From: Tepidisphaera sp.
GTDB lineage: Bacteria > Planctomycetota > Phycisphaerae > Phycisphaerales > UBA1924
DNA length: 64,000 nt
Reading direction: 5' to 3'
Assembly: GCA_050916045.1 (NCBI GenBank)
Contig: CP051526.1
Location: forward strand, 3,296,001-3,360,000
Shown: positions 9,230 to 19,464 of the stretch, one piece after another
Position numbering within the stretch: the first letter of the stretch is position 1
Layout: every line of letters begins with the position of its first letter
Made by a program: the position numbers and the translations under genes
Notes under the pieces: model-generated
The model's database searches: none
What the model was told of the DNA's origin: nothing
Seen by the model: only the letters and a program-made list of their open reading frames with translations

Positions 9230-10807
9230 ATGAACATGTTCTTCCGCCCAATTGCGTTCATCGTGACGGCCGCTCTGTCGTGCTCATCGTTCGCGACGAA
9301 CCTGCGAAGCGATCAGCCCCAAACTGATACCCCGCCGCCCAAAGGCGAGCCGGCGGACGCTCCGAAAGCAAAGCCTCGGCCCGTGGCGCCCGACGGGCTC
9401 GCGACGACGGCGCGCCTCGCTTCTTTCTATGTGCAGGGAACCGGCAAGTTTGAGGGGAAGGACGTCAAGTCCGGCGGTCCCGGCTTTCTCGTCTCCGCGG
9501 ACGGGACGGGCGTGGTCGCGATCGATGCACTGCTGGGGTCGACCTCGGCGAAAGCCCGGTTCGCGGGTGTGAAGAACGCTTTCGACCTGCAGCTCCTCGC
9601 TGTTGTCCCGGACGAAGGCCTGGCGTTGGTGAAGATGGATCTTTCCGGCATTGCCAAGAAAGACATGCCGCAACCAGTGACGATCGCGACCGAACCGCCG
9701 AACGCCCCCGCGGAAGTCTGGTGCGTGGCGCCTTCGCCGGCAGGCGGGGCGGCGACGACGCTGGGGGCAACCGCGACGGCGGTCCGATCGCTTCGCGAGT
9801 ATCCGGCACGCGTCGCCGAGGAAGCCGACTTCTCGATGACGACCACGTGGTTCGAGACGGACCTGCACATCGCCCAGCTTTCGGGCTATCTGCCGGTGTT
9901 CGACCGAGCCGGGAGGGTCGTCGGGCTCGCGTTGTCCGCGCCCCGGACGGCCCAGCGAGGATCGCTGGTCCGCACCACGGAAGCTCTCCTCGACATGATT
10001 TCGAAAGCTCCAAAGCAGCCCATCGCTTGGAGCACGCTTTCGAGCGAGGCCACCATCGAAGGCACGCCGAGCAGCCTCAAGCCGGCTTTCATCCGGCAGC
10101 GAGCGACGGTGAAGCCCGGCGCCGCGCTTCAGACGGCGCTCACCACGCTGAAGAAGGACTACTGCTGCTCCAAGTGCCACGGCCGGGGGCAGGTCGCCGT
10201 CCAGGTCATGGTCACTCCGCCCAGGCAGAAGTTCGGTGCCAACGGGATTCTCCTGGGACTCGAGCCCGCCGTCTTCCGGACCGACTACCCGATCTGCGAC
10301 CTTTGCGACGGGCGAAAGTACGACGAGACCGACGACCTGTACCGCGTGGTTTCGACGGTGCTCTGGTCGCAGCGCAAGCTGCCCGTCGAGGATGACGATC
10401 GAAAGAAGCACATGGAGCGGTCGACCTCGATCTTCGATCAGGTCGCTTCGTGGGACTTGCTCGGCCTTTCGCGGACGGTGACCAATCGATCCATTGCCCT
10501 GATCAGCGGCAAGCCGGACGGCGGAGAGACCGTGATGCTCGTCGGCTTTCTCACAAGCATCAAGGATGCCGACGGCAAGCGTGTCTGCGACATCTCGGTG
10601 GACACCAACTACGACCTCGCTCTGGACCAAGTCACGACGATGCGAGTTCAGGTCGAAGCGCCCGAGACTTTCACGGCCACGCTCAATGAGCCGGTGTTCG
10701 TGGCTTCGCTGCTCGAACGCAAAGCCGTCGAAGGCGGGATCACCGTCGGGTACCTTCGCGGAGGAGGGATCCACGCCGCACGCAAGGACCTCCGCGAGAA
10801 GCGATAG
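9230..10807 (+). CDS. Secreted hypothetical protein: degenerate trypsin-like domain plus CxxCxGxG zinc ribbon
   Basis: GGAGG SD before ATG 9230; signal peptide; GPGFLVSADG / LALVK / PVFDRAGRVVGL trypsin-like blocks; CSKCHGRG...CDLCDGRK. Confidence 0.6.
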   Translation: MNMFFRPIAFIVTAALSCSSFATNLRSDQPQTDTPPPKGEPADAPKAKPRPVAPDGLATTARLASFYVQGTGKFEGKDVKSGGPGFLVSADGTGVVAIDALLGSTSAKARFAGVKNAFDLQLLAVVPDEGLALVKMDLSGIAKKDMPQPVTIATEPPNAPAEVWCVAPSPAGGAATTLGATATAVRSLREYPARVAEEADFSMTTTWFETDLHIAQLSGYLPVFDRAGRVVGLALSAPRTAQRGSLVRTTEALLDMISKAPKQPIAWSTLSSEATIEGTPSSLKPAFIRQRATVKPGAALQTALTTLKKDYCCSKCHGRGQVAVQVMVTPPRQKFGANGILLGLEPAVFRTDYPICDLCDGRKYDETDDLYRVVSTVLWSQRKLPVEDDDRKKHMERSTSIFDQVASWDLLGLSRTVTNRSIALISGKPDGGETVMLVGFLTSIKDADGKRVCDISVDTNYDLALDQVTTMRVQVEAPETFTATLNEPVFVASLLERKAVEGGITVGYLRGGGIHAARKDLREKR

Positions 10808-10825
10808 GTCTCCGTAGAATCCGAC

Positions 10826-11323
10826 ATGCTCATCCGCCCCGCGACGCCTGCTGATGTCTCTGTCATGGTCCGGTTCATCCGCGAGCTCGCGGAGTACGAG
10901 AAGCTCCTGCATGTCTGCCGGACGAGCGAAGCCGGGCTGGCGGCTTCGCTCTTTCCAGAGCAAACCGGAAAGGGCGGCCATCCCGTCGCGGAAGCGATCA
11001 TCGGCGAGCTTGACGGCGTGCCGCAGGGGATGGCTCTGTTCTTCACGAACTTCTCGACGTTCGAGTGCAAGCCCGGGCTTTATCTTGAGGACCTGTACGT
11101 GACGCCCGCGGCCCGCGGGAAGGGCCTGGGCAAAGCTCTGCTGGTCCGCCTCGCGCAGATCGCGGTCGAGCGCGGGTACGCACGGTTCGAGTGGTCGGTG
11201 CTGGACTGGAACGAGCCGGCGATCGGGTTCTACAAGAAGCTCGGCGCGGTGCCGATGGACGAGTGGACGGTTTTCCGGGTCGCCGGGCCGGCGCTCGGCG
11301 CTTTGGCTTCCCACTCGAAGTGA
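10826..11323 (+). CDS. GNAT N-acetyltransferase (SSAT/diamine acetyltransferase-like)
   Basis: IRELAEYEK, GLYLEDLYV...RGKGLG, WSVLDWNEPAIGFYKKLGA. Confidence 0.95.
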   Translation: MLIRPATPADVSVMVRFIRELAEYEKLLHVCRTSEAGLAASLFPEQTGKGGHPVAEAIIGELDGVPQGMALFFTNFSTFECKPGLYLEDLYVTPAARGKGLGKALLVRLAQIAVERGYARFEWSVLDWNEPAIGFYKKLGAVPMDEWTVFRVAGPALGALASHSK

Positions 11324-13134
11324 CGCGGTGCTTCGGCGAGAGCGTCGCCCCAGATCGCGAGATTGACCAGGGGCCAGGCGAGGCGCCAGTTGCCGGGCAT
11401 GTCGCTCGCGACGACGTCGATCACCTCGGGCCGCACGAGGTCGCTCAGCCACGCGGATTCGCGAAGCCGCGGCGCGAGGTCGGCGATCCATCGCTCGAAC
11501 GGCAGTGGGAAACTGGCTTTTCTCCGTCCGAGCACCTCCGCGGGCACAAGATCGGCGAACGCGCGGCGAAGAGCGATCTTGGAGTCCGTCGCGTCACCGG
11601 CTTGGAAGCCGGCGGCGGTGCTTCGAAGCCGGATCTTCTCGGTTGAGCTGAGTTTCTCGGCGAGCGTGCACACTCGAGCATCCGCGAACGGCGTGCGTCC
11701 TTCGACGGACGCGAGCATGGTCGCGGAATCAAGCCTGCGAAGCAACCCTTCGAGGTTGACGCGACGCTGATACCGCAGGTTCCGCTCGACGGCGTCCCCC
11801 GGGACCAAACCCGCCTCGCGGCCGATGGATTCGAAGGTCTCGGCGATGAACCGCTTCGTTTGGCTTCCGCCATCGCACGCCGCCCACGCTTCAGGCGTCA
11901 TGACGTGCGCGAGCCCGTCGATCGGCACCCAGGCGTGCGTCGAGGTCCAGAACTCTTCGGGAGCGATGCCGGAAGCTTCCGCTTGGGCCGCCGCCGCGAG
12001 CACCGCGTCATACCCGCCGAAAAGCTCATCGGCCCCCTCGCCGCTCAGCGTGACAACCTTTCCGTCCGCTCGCATCGCTCTCGCGACCTCCGCGATGGCG
12101 ACCTCGTTGGGCGTGCTCAGCGGAACGCCGAGCGAGCGGACCAATTCCGGGACGCGAGCGTGGAACGCTTCTCGCGAGACGCCGACGCGGGTGTGCTTGG
12201 TGCCGAGGATCGCCGCGACGCGCTCCGCGTAGGCGAAGTCCTCCCCCACCGCTTCGGGCCCGTCCTCGGCTCCGGCGCAGTACGTGTGAAGCGAGCCAAG
12301 CTCGCGAGAAGCGATCGCCGCGATGATCGTGCTATCCAGACCCCCCGAAAGCAAACAGCAGAGGGGGACGTCCGAACGAAGATGGGCCCGCACCGAATCT
12401 GTGACGACGCTTCGAACATCGCGGTCGGCCGCTTGCTCGACGTCCCTCGGCGTATGGATGACCGTCGCCTGAACGCGTCCCGAAGGCGCAAGCTCAAGCC
12501 ATTCGCCGGGCCGGAGCGTGCGCACGCTTTCGAACATCGTGCGTGTGCCGAGCGTGGTGCGGATCGTCGAGAGATACGACGCGACGCCGACGGGATCGGG
12601 CTTGGGTTTGCCGCTTGAGACCCACGCCGCGACGGGCACGGGCACGCTCGCGAACGCGAGAGCATCCTCGCGTGTGGCGAAGAAGAGCGGCTTGATCCCC
12701 ATCACATCGCGGCCGAGCGTCAGCGTGCCGGTCTGCGTGTCGAGCACGGCGAGGACGAACATCCCGCGAAGCCTGGCGCCGGCTTGCAACCCCCAGGCCG
12801 CGACCGCCGCGAGCACCGTCTCGGTGTCGGTCTGCGTCCGGAAAGTCCAGCGACCCGCCAGGGACCGACGGACCTCCGCATCGTTGTAAAGCTCGCCGTT
12901 GTACGTGATCACCCAGCGTCCGCAGGGCGAAGCCATCGGCTGCGCCCCTTCCGGACCCGGCGCGACGACCGCAAGCCGGCGATGCCCGAGCACCGCCGTC
13001 CAGCTTTCCCGCTCGAAATCCGCGACCCCCTCGCCGTCGGGCCCTCGGGCGAACATCGCGGCGCACGCCGCCTCCACCCAAACGCGATCGCGCGGAGACC
13101 TTCCAAGACGCACCATGCCCGCGATCCCGCACAT
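11230..13134 (-). CDS. asnB: Asparagine synthase (glutamine-hydrolysing) family amidotransferase
   Basis: MCGIAG N-terminal Cys, RGPD, LGHRRL, YNGELYN, LLSGGLDS, SGEGADELFGGY, VEGRTPF. Confidence 0.93.
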   Translation of the reverse strand: MCGIAGMVRLGRSPRDRVWVEAACAAMFARGPDGEGVADFERESWTAVLGHRRLAVVAPGPEGAQPMASPCGRWVITYNGELYNDAEVRRSLAGRWTFRTQTDTETVLAAVAAWGLQAGARLRGMFVLAVLDTQTGTLTLGRDVMGIKPLFFATREDALAFASVPVPVAAWVSSGKPKPDPVGVASYLSTIRTTLGTRTMFESVRTLRPGEWLELAPSGRVQATVIHTPRDVEQAADRDVRSVVTDSVRAHLRSDVPLCCLLSGGLDSTIIAAIASRELGSLHTYCAGAEDGPEAVGEDFAYAERVAAILGTKHTRVGVSREAFHARVPELVRSLGVPLSTPNEVAIAEVARAMRADGKVVTLSGEGADELFGGYDAVLAAAAQAEASGIAPEEFWTSTHAWVPIDGLAHVMTPEAWAACDGGSQTKRFIAETFESIGREAGLVPGDAVERNLRYQRRVNLEGLLRRLDSATMLASVEGRTPFADARVCTLAEKLSSTEKIRLRSTAAGFQAGDATDSKIALRRAFADLVPAEVLGRRKASFPLPFERWIADLAPRLRESAWLSDLVRPEVIDVVASDMPGNWRLAWPLVNLAIWGDALAEAPRHFEWEAKAPSAGPATRKTVHSSIGTAPSFL

Positions 13135-13260
13135 GGTCCAACCATCGGCCCACTCGGTGCCGGATGCTCAATCCCAAGCCTCGCCGCGACCGAACCGGCA
13201 CCGCGCGGCCTCCGGCGAGCGTTATCCGACGTGTTATCCGGCGGCTCTCAGCACCGAAGC

Positions 13261-13701
13261 TCAACACGGAGTCATCGTGAACCGCCAACGGCTGCCGGAC
13301 TCTTCCCGCGAGCCGGCGAACCGGAACTGGCGGTTGCGGTGCGGCTTGGTCCACCAGGAGGCTTCGAAAAGCACCTGGTCCGAAGCGTCGACCATGTCCG
13401 GCAGCGGGAAGCTGACCGCACCTTCCGCCACACGCGTGACTGTGCCGCGGCCGCCGCCGATGTCACCCTCGAAGGTCAGATAGATGTCGCGGTGGTCGCC
13501 CAGCGGCTCGGCCCAGAAGAACCCGCCGTCGCCATCCGCCGTCAGCGGAAGCTGGTCGATCCGTTGGGAGACGCGCCAGGTGCGAAGGCCCGACTTGCCG
13601 TTTGGTCCCGGCGCGGATGCTCCGAGCTTCACCATGAAGTCAAAGTGGTGCGAGCCATCAGGCAGGTCGTGCCGCAGGAGGACCATCGTGGGGGTGTCCA
13701 T
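13261..13701 (-). CDS. Stand-alone LigD 3'-phosphoesterase-like domain protein
   Basis: LLRHD...HHFDFM...LRTW...DHRDIYLTFEGDIGGGRGTV. The start at 13701 is supported by TACGCT 5 nt upstream. Confidence 0.8.
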   Translation of the reverse strand: MDTPTMVLLRHDLPDGSHHFDFMVKLGASAPGPNGKSGLRTWRVSQRIDQLPLTADGDGGFFWAEPLGDHRDIYLTFEGDIGGGRGTVTRVAEGAVSFPLPDMVDASDQVLFEASWWTKPHRNRQFRFAGSREESGSRWRFTMTPC

Positions 13702-13766
13702 GCGGAAGCGTACACCCGGGCACCAATCTTCACGAGGATCGGACTCCGAATCGCATACGCTCAATC

Positions 13767-14792
13767 ATGCGATATCGACCCCTCGGCACTTCCGGGCTTT
13801 CTGTTTCTGAGATCGGCTTCGGCTGCTGGACGATGGGCGGGCCGAACTGGTCTTCCGCCAACGGGCAGCCGATCGGTTGGGCGGATGTCAAGGAAGATGA
13901 GGTCCTCGCGGGGATCAAAGCCGGCCTCGACGCTGGCGTGAACCACTGGGACAACGCCGACGTCTACGGGAACGGCAAAGCCGAGCGGCTTCTAGGCTCG
14001 TGCCTCAAGAAACTCGGCGTCAAGCCGGGCTCGCAGGTCATCGCGACCAAGGTCGGGCACTTCCGGGGCACCGCGCCGCACGCGTACGAGCCGCGGCACA
14101 TCCGCAACCAGTGTGAGCAGTCGCTCCGCAATCTCGGGGTCGAGACGATCGACCTCTACTACTTCCACCACGGGACCTACGTCGCGCCCGGCTACGACGG
14201 GCGCGACCACGACTACCTCCCCGAAGCGGCCGCGACGATGCACGCGCTCGTGAAGGAGGGCAAGGTCCGGGCGATCGGACAGTCCGCGTACACCGACGAC
14301 GATTTCGAGCGGGCGGTGCCGGTGCTCAAGCCGCACGTCCTTCAGAACAAAGCCAACCTGCGGTTCTCGGATTTCATCCGCTCGGGAAGCCGTCTGCAAG
14401 CCCTGATGACCAAGCACCAGTGCTCGTTCGTCGCGTTCGGGCCGCTTGACCAGGGGATCCTGCTCGACAAGTTCGACCCGGACAACCCGCCGAAGTTCGA
14501 CGAGGGGGACTACCGCACGAACCGGAAGGATTTCGCTCCGGCAACGCTTAGGGGGATCAAGGAGAAGATGGCGAAGGTGCGGGCGCGGTTCGTGCCGGCG
14601 GGGGCGAGCGCGGATGAGACGATCGCGATCCTGTCCTCGGTGGCTTCGCGGTGGGTGCTTTCGCACGCGAACGTCTGCTCGACGATCCCGGGGTTCCGGA
14701 ACGCGAAGCAGGCGGCATGCAACCTGCGAGCGGTGCAGGATTCGCCGATGTCGGCGGAGGATGCGGCGTGGCTGAAGGATCTGTTCGCGTAG
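13767..14792 (+). CDS. Aldo/keto reductase
   Basis: LSVSEIGFGCW, DNADVYGNG, IATKVG, SLRNL..ETIDLYYFH, TIPG. Confidence 0.95.
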   Translation: MRYRPLGTSGLSVSEIGFGCWTMGGPNWSSANGQPIGWADVKEDEVLAGIKAGLDAGVNHWDNADVYGNGKAERLLGSCLKKLGVKPGSQVIATKVGHFRGTAPHAYEPRHIRNQCEQSLRNLGVETIDLYYFHHGTYVAPGYDGRDHDYLPEAAATMHALVKEGKVRAIGQSAYTDDDFERAVPVLKPHVLQNKANLRFSDFIRSGSRLQALMTKHQCSFVAFGPLDQGILLDKFDPDNPPKFDEGDYRTNRKDFAPATLRGIKEKMAKVRARFVPAGASADETIAILSSVASRWVLSHANVCSTIPGFRNAKQAACNLRAVQDSPMSAEDAAWLKDLFA

Positions 14793-14870
14793 GGCGTGGG
14801 AAGGCTCGTTTCCCGGGGGCCCGACGGCCGATATGATCGGACCCAGACCTGATTTTGAACCGGAGATCCC

Positions 14871-15617
14871 ATGCGCCTTTCCAACGCTTGCCTGATTGCT
14901 CGCCAGACTCTTGGCCGAACCGTTGTCCTGACCGCTTTGGTGGCCGCTCCGGCGGTCCTGTCGACGCTCGCCGGCTGCGCCGGCAAGGGCGCCGACGGCG
15001 AGAGCAAAGCCCCGCTGGTCGTCCTTCGCGACCGCGGCGACTACTTCGTCCAGACCAAGCAGGACGACCGGGCTTTGGAGCAGTACCGCACGTATCTGGT
15101 CCGCAAGCCGGAGGACACCGAGGTTCGGTACAAGTACGCCAACACCCTCTCGCGGCTTGGGCAGAAGCCCGAAGCCCGCGAGCAGTTCTCGCAGCTTGTC
15201 GACGTCAGCCCGACGGATGAGCGGTTCATCGAGGGGTACACGCGGTCGCTTTACGAAGCCAACGCGCTACCGGAGCTTGCGGCGTTCCTGAACCGGATGA
15301 CGACGCAGCGGGGATCGGTCGAGGACTACATCCGTCAGGGCGAGTACAACCAGAAAGCCGGTGATCCGGACGGGGCGAAAGCCGCGTATCAGCGGGCGGC
15401 CGAGATCGACGGCGGGCGGAGCAACGCCCCGTGGGTCGCGATGGCGGACATGTACCGCGGCTTGGGCGACCCGAAGAACGAACGGGCGATGATCGAGCGG
15501 GCTCTGTACATCACGCCGATGGACAACGGGCTTTCCAAGCGGTACCGCGAGCTCGGCGGCATTCCGGGCCCGACGGCGGGCGTGCGGCCGGCGGAGTACG
15601 TCGATCGGAAGAAGTAA
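14871..15617 (+). CDS. Tetratricopeptide-repeat lipoprotein
   Basis: Lipobox LAGC; TPR-like helical repeats (YANTLSRLGQ..EA, AMADMYRGLGD); SD GGAGA. Confidence 0.8.
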   Translation: MRLSNACLIARQTLGRTVVLTALVAAPAVLSTLAGCAGKGADGESKAPLVVLRDRGDYFVQTKQDDRALEQYRTYLVRKPEDTEVRYKYANTLSRLGQKPEAREQFSQLVDVSPTDERFIEGYTRSLYEANALPELAAFLNRMTTQRGSVEDYIRQGEYNQKAGDPDGAKAAYQRAAEIDGGRSNAPWVAMADMYRGLGDPKNERAMIERALYITPMDNGLSKRYRELGGIPGPTAGVRPAEYVDRKK

Positions 15618-15648
15618 GCCGCTCGGCGGCTTGGGAAATCCAAAAAAG

Positions 15649-15684
15649 TCAAAGGGCCCGCTCGATGTGAGCGGGCCCTTTTGA
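15649..15684. terminator. Bidirectional intrinsic terminator between convergent genes
   Basis: AAAGGGCCCGCTC-GATGT-GAGCGGGCCCTTT flanked by A- and T-rich tracts. Confidence 0.85.
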
Positions 15685-15710
15685 TTTGTCGGATGCGGGG
15701 ACGGGTTCGA

Positions 15711-16745
15711 TCAGTCGATTCGCTGGCCAACGGTGTACTTGGCGAGTGACTCGGCGGAGGCGGGGCCGCCGGTGAAGATACTTCCGGTAGGGTAGTAGAG
15801 GGAAGCGTCCTCGTAGATCCGCGAGCCCTTGAGGGACTCGACGTGGGCGTCGAAGAACGCGGCGTTCATGGACTTGGACCCGTGGCGGATGGAAAGCTTC
15901 ACGGCTTCGCCCTGACTGGGGCTGGACGCGTTGCGGCCGTAGGCGGTGGAGTTCTCGAAGATGGGGCCCGGATCGGTGAACGAGCCGTAGGTTCCGGTCG
16001 TGCCGATGTCGAAGTCGAGCGACAGGCCGTTGGCGCCGCGCTCGAGGTAGCGGTTGCCGTCCATCACCATGATCTTGCGAGAAGAGGCGCCCACGAGGTC
16101 CTCACGGGGGCGGAAGCCGGCCGGAGCGTTGACCGGGGTCGCGAAGGGCATCTGCTCGTAGATGATGCGGTTGCCGTTGGGGAGCAGGGCCGTCGCGCCC
16201 GAGCCGTTGGAGCGGTAATGGAACGCCGAGGGGGAGAGGTAGCTGACCTGCTTGTAGCCGACCTCGCGGATGTGTTCGCGGAAGTCGTTGCTGTCGTCGG
16301 CGTTGCCGAAGAGGGTGGTGTTGAACTCTTTCGCGGCGGCGCAGCCGTACTTGTTGAAGAGCTGGGCGGTGCGTTTGGCGCGGTTGGCCGGCAGACCGGC
16401 GGAGTCGCCCATCACGGGGCTGATCCAGTCGGTGACCGAGGTCGGGGTCGTCGGCGTCTTGTCGCCAAGCAGGGAAGCGCCGCGCGGAGCGCCGATGATG
16501 ACGTTGTGGACCGCGCCGGTCGTGTTCACGCCGGCGTACTGGCCCTTGTTCTCGTTCATGTACATCGACTGGGCCTGCACCAAGCCACGGAGGTTCGCGC
16601 CGCAGGCCACCTGCTGAGCAACGCCGCGAGCCGCGCCCAACGCCGGGAGAAGCAGGCTGATGAGCAGGGCGATGATGGCGATCACCACCAGCAGCTCGAT
16701 CAGCGTGAATGCGTGGCGGACAGAGCGGGCATTCCGTTCAACCAT
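15711..16745 (-). CDS. Prepilin-type N-terminal cleavage/methylation domain protein (DUF1559-like)
   Basis: [29 protein letters not shown]...C..NLR; C-terminal [12 protein letters not shown] (variant of H-X9-DG). Confidence 0.92.
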   Translation of the reverse strand: MVERNARSVRHAFTLIELLVVIAIIALLISLLLPALGAARGVAQQVACGANLRGLVQAQSMYMNENKGQYAGVNTTGAVHNVIIGAPRGASLLGDKTPTTPTSVTDWISPVMGDSAGLPANRAKRTAQLFNKYGCAAAKEFNTTLFGNADDSNDFREHIREVGYKQVSYLSPSAFHYRSNGSGATALLPNGNRIIYEQMPFATPVNAPAGFRPREDLVGASSRKIMVMDGNRYLERGANGLSLDFDIGTTGTYGSFTDPGPIFENSTAYGRNASSPSQGEAVKLSIRHGSKSMNAAFFDAHVESLKGSRIYEDASLYYPTGSIFTGGPASAESLAKYTVGQRID

Positions 16746-16802
16746 GTGCGTGTTCCCCAATGTGCTTGCCTGACGGTCCGACAAGCCGAATGACAGAAGG
16801 AC

Positions 16803-17177
16803 TTACTTTCCGAGGGTGAGTGCTTTGGGCGAGGAGGACGTGACCTTGACCTCGCCGGTGGCTCCGGTGACGGCGGTGGGCTTTATCGACGGGCTGAGGG
16901 AGCCCATGTACCGCGGCGAAACCGTCCACACGCCAGCAGGATTCTGCGACGCAGGGAGGAGGGTGAACTGACCGGTCTCAGGGTTCTTCTCGGGAAGGAC
17001 CGCCGCGACCCGGCCGCCGACCTTGGCTTCGAAAAGGTCGCCGGTCACCACGTCGACGAGCACGATCTTTGAAGTCAGATCAACCGAGCGACCGAAAACA
17101 ACCCTATACGTTGTGAACGCAAGGGCCAGAAAGGCCGCACCGAACAATGCGTAATGCCAGGGTTTCAGGCGATCCAT
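16803..17177 (-). CDS. Small single-TM hypothetical protein upstream of the prepilin-type gene
   Basis: MDRLKPWHYALFGAAFLALAF TM helix; DVVTGDLF...NPETGQFTLLP. Confidence 0.65.
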   Translation of the reverse strand: MDRLKPWHYALFGAAFLALAFTTYRVVFGRSVDLTSKIVLVDVVTGDLFEAKVGGRVAAVLPEKNPETGQFTLLPASQNPAGVWTVSPRYMGSLSPSIKPTAVTGATGEVKVTSSSPKALTLGK

Positions 17178-17385
17178 TGAAAGCTCTCGGTTGAAGGCCT
17201 CGGACCAGGGCTGAACCGCGCCAGAGCCCCCCAAAGGGCAGACGCCCGCCGGCGAACCCGGCGAGCCCAAGTGTATCAGAACGGTTCCCGACCCTCCACC
17301 AAGCCTCGCGGCGGTTTCACGGTCCCCACACACTCGGACCCCGCGGACCGGGGAAAAGCTGTCGGGAGACCCCTCCGCGGCACCC

Positions 17386-18513
17386 TCAATCCACCGGTTT
17401 AAGGTCGATACTGACCGGCAGATGGTCTGACGCGTACCCAACGGGCTTGGGAGCATCGAACGGGTTGCTGGGGGGCAGGGGCATGGCGTACACGAACCGG
17501 GAGGACCCGATGAACTCGGGTTTGGCGGCTTGGTTCAGAAGGACGTGGTCGATGATCCGGTTGGTGACATGGGACTGGACCCTGGGATCTCCCGGGTTCA
17601 CATCGCCGAAAACATCGAACAGGCCGCCCCCCGAGGGATCGACGCTGGTGTAGGTCTGGAAGGAGAGGTCGACCTTCCGGGCGTTGAAGTCCCCCAGTAC
17701 AGCCAGGTTCCGAGCGGGGTTTTCCTTGGTCAGCTCCTTGATGAGCTCCACGTTCCGCCGGGCTTCGGCTTCCCGCTGGAACGCGTACCCGCGGCCGGAC
17801 TTGGAATGGATGACCATGAGGGTGAGGACGTACGGCTTCCCCGTCCCCGCGAAGGACCCGGGGACGGTGACATCGACGACGAGCGGGGACCGGGCCATCT
17901 TGATGGGCTTGTCGAAGTCCGGGTTGGGCTTGCCGTCCGACAGAAGGTCCGGGTGCTTGTCGGTGAGGGTGCGATCCGGCCAGTTTCGTGCGCCCGAGAG
18001 CGGGAACTTGGAGATGACGGCCTGTTCGATGCCGCGGCCGTCGCCGGCGTCGAGGCTGACGACGTGGGGGTAGATCTCGGTGAGCTTCTGGTCGGCGAGG
18101 AACCACTTGAGGGCCTCGGCGGACTCGATTTCTTCGAGCGCCAGAACATCGGGGTCAAGCCGCTTGATCGCGGCTCCGGCGGCATCGCGGTGGGCTTGGG
18201 GCTTGGTGGAAGCGAGCTCATCGCCCCAGTTGTTGGCGGGATCGTCCTTGTCGTCGTACAGGTTCTCGATGTTCCAGGTCGTCAGGCGGAACGTGCCGGG
18301 AGCTTTGGGTGGGATCTCAGAGACCCCAAAGCGGATGTCGGGGTTGGAAAACGTGGGGACCTTCGGGGCGGGGGAAGCTGCGGCCGGGGCTTGCGGGGCT
18401 GGGGCTTTCTCGGGCTCCTTTGGAGCCGGCTTGGTCGCGAGGTAAACGCCGACCGCGAGGATCGCGATGGTGAAGACGCCGCCGGCCGCCGCTCGCTGAG
18501 GTCTGAATGCCAT
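17386..18513 (-). CDS. Membrane-anchored endonuclease/exonuclease/phosphatase (EEP) family protein
   Basis: TWNIENL, DVLALEEI, IHSKS, VLGDFN, IDHVL, SDHLPV; N-terminal TM and Pro/Ala linker. Confidence 0.92.
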   Translation of the reverse strand: MAFRPQRAAAGGVFTIAILAVGVYLATKPAPKEPEKAPAPQAPAAASPAPKVPTFSNPDIRFGVSEIPPKAPGTFRLTTWNIENLYDDKDDPANNWGDELASTKPQAHRDAAGAAIKRLDPDVLALEEIESAEALKWFLADQKLTEIYPHVVSLDAGDGRGIEQAVISKFPLSGARNWPDRTLTDKHPDLLSDGKPNPDFDKPIKMARSPLVVDVTVPGSFAGTGKPYVLTLMVIHSKSGRGYAFQREAEARRNVELIKELTKENPARNLAVLGDFNARKVDLSFQTYTSVDPSGGGLFDVFGDVNPGDPRVQSHVTNRIIDHVLLNQAAKPEFIGSSRFVYAMPLPPSNPFDAPKPVGYASDHLPVSIDLKPVD

Positions 18514-18575
18514 GCGGCGAGCGTAGGTCGGCATGGTGGGGCAGAGGCTCGTAGACTGCACCCAAGGAGCATGGC

Positions 18576-19439
18576 ATGACACCTCGTGTGACCGGTTGGA
18601 CGCTCGGGTTTCTGGCGCTGGTTTCCACGCTCTTCCTTGGCGGCTGCAAGACGTTGACGGATCTTGCCGCGGGGGCCGCCAAGCCCGGCCTGTCGGTCAA
18701 AAGCGTCCGCTTCGGCGACGTTTCCACGTCGGGGCTGACGCTGATCTTCGACACCGAGGTTACGAACCCGTACGGAGTGGACCTTCCGCTTGTGAATCTC
18801 GAGTACAGCTTGGCGAGCTCGGGCGCGACGTTCCTGACCGGCTCCGCGCCGATTCAGGGCACCGTACCCGCCAAGGGCGCCAAGGTGGTCGCTCTTCCGG
18901 CCAAGGTGGACTTCAGCAGGATGTTCTCGGTGCTCCAGACGGTCAAACCGGGTTCGGTCCTTCCCTACGCCGCATCCATGAAGCTCGCCGTGGACGGGCC
19001 AAGCGGCGTGGGCCGCCTCTCCCTCCCGCTGAACCGATCGGGCGAGCTTCCGGTGCCGGCGGTGCCCGATGTCTCCGTCAGCGGGATCGGGATCGGTTCA
19101 CTCTCGCTGGGCGAAGCCAAAGCGACGCTGGCTCTGAGCGTCAAGAACACGAACCAGTTCGCGCTGACCCTCGCCCGGATGGGCTTTGGCTTGGACCTTG
19201 CCGGGTCGCGGGTCTCGACCGTCGCGGCGACCAAGGGCCTCGCGCTCAAGCCGGGCGAAACGGGCACGATTGAGATCCCCATCACGCTTTCGCTCTCGAA
19301 TCTGGGAATCTCGGCGTTCAACGCCCTGCGCGGGAAGGACACCGGATACCGATTGAGCGGGGACATGACCCTTGAAACACCCTTTGGTCCGATGAACCTT
19401 CCGCTGGATCGGGGCGGTACAACGTCCGTCCGCAACTGA
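18576..19439 (+). CDS. LEA type 2 (WHy) tandem-domain lipoprotein
   Basis: Lipobox LGGC; two LEA_2 repeats (EVTNPYGVDLP; SVKNTNQFAL). Confidence 0.85.
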   Translation: MTPRVTGWTLGFLALVSTLFLGGCKTLTDLAAGAAKPGLSVKSVRFGDVSTSGLTLIFDTEVTNPYGVDLPLVNLEYSLASSGATFLTGSAPIQGTVPAKGAKVVALPAKVDFSRMFSVLQTVKPGSVLPYAASMKLAVDGPSGVGRLSLPLNRSGELPVPAVPDVSVSGIGIGSLSLGEAKATLALSVKNTNQFALTLARMGFGLDLAGSRVSTVAATKGLALKPGETGTIEIPITLSLSNLGISAFNALRGKDTGYRLSGDMTLETPFGPMNLPLDRGGTTSVRN

Positions 19440-19464
19440 AGCTTTCCGCACCCAGGAGTTCGCG

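Noticed and set aside
9284..11491. 735-aa minus-strand ORF
   Set aside because: Antisense to two credible plus-strand genes; no recognisable domain.
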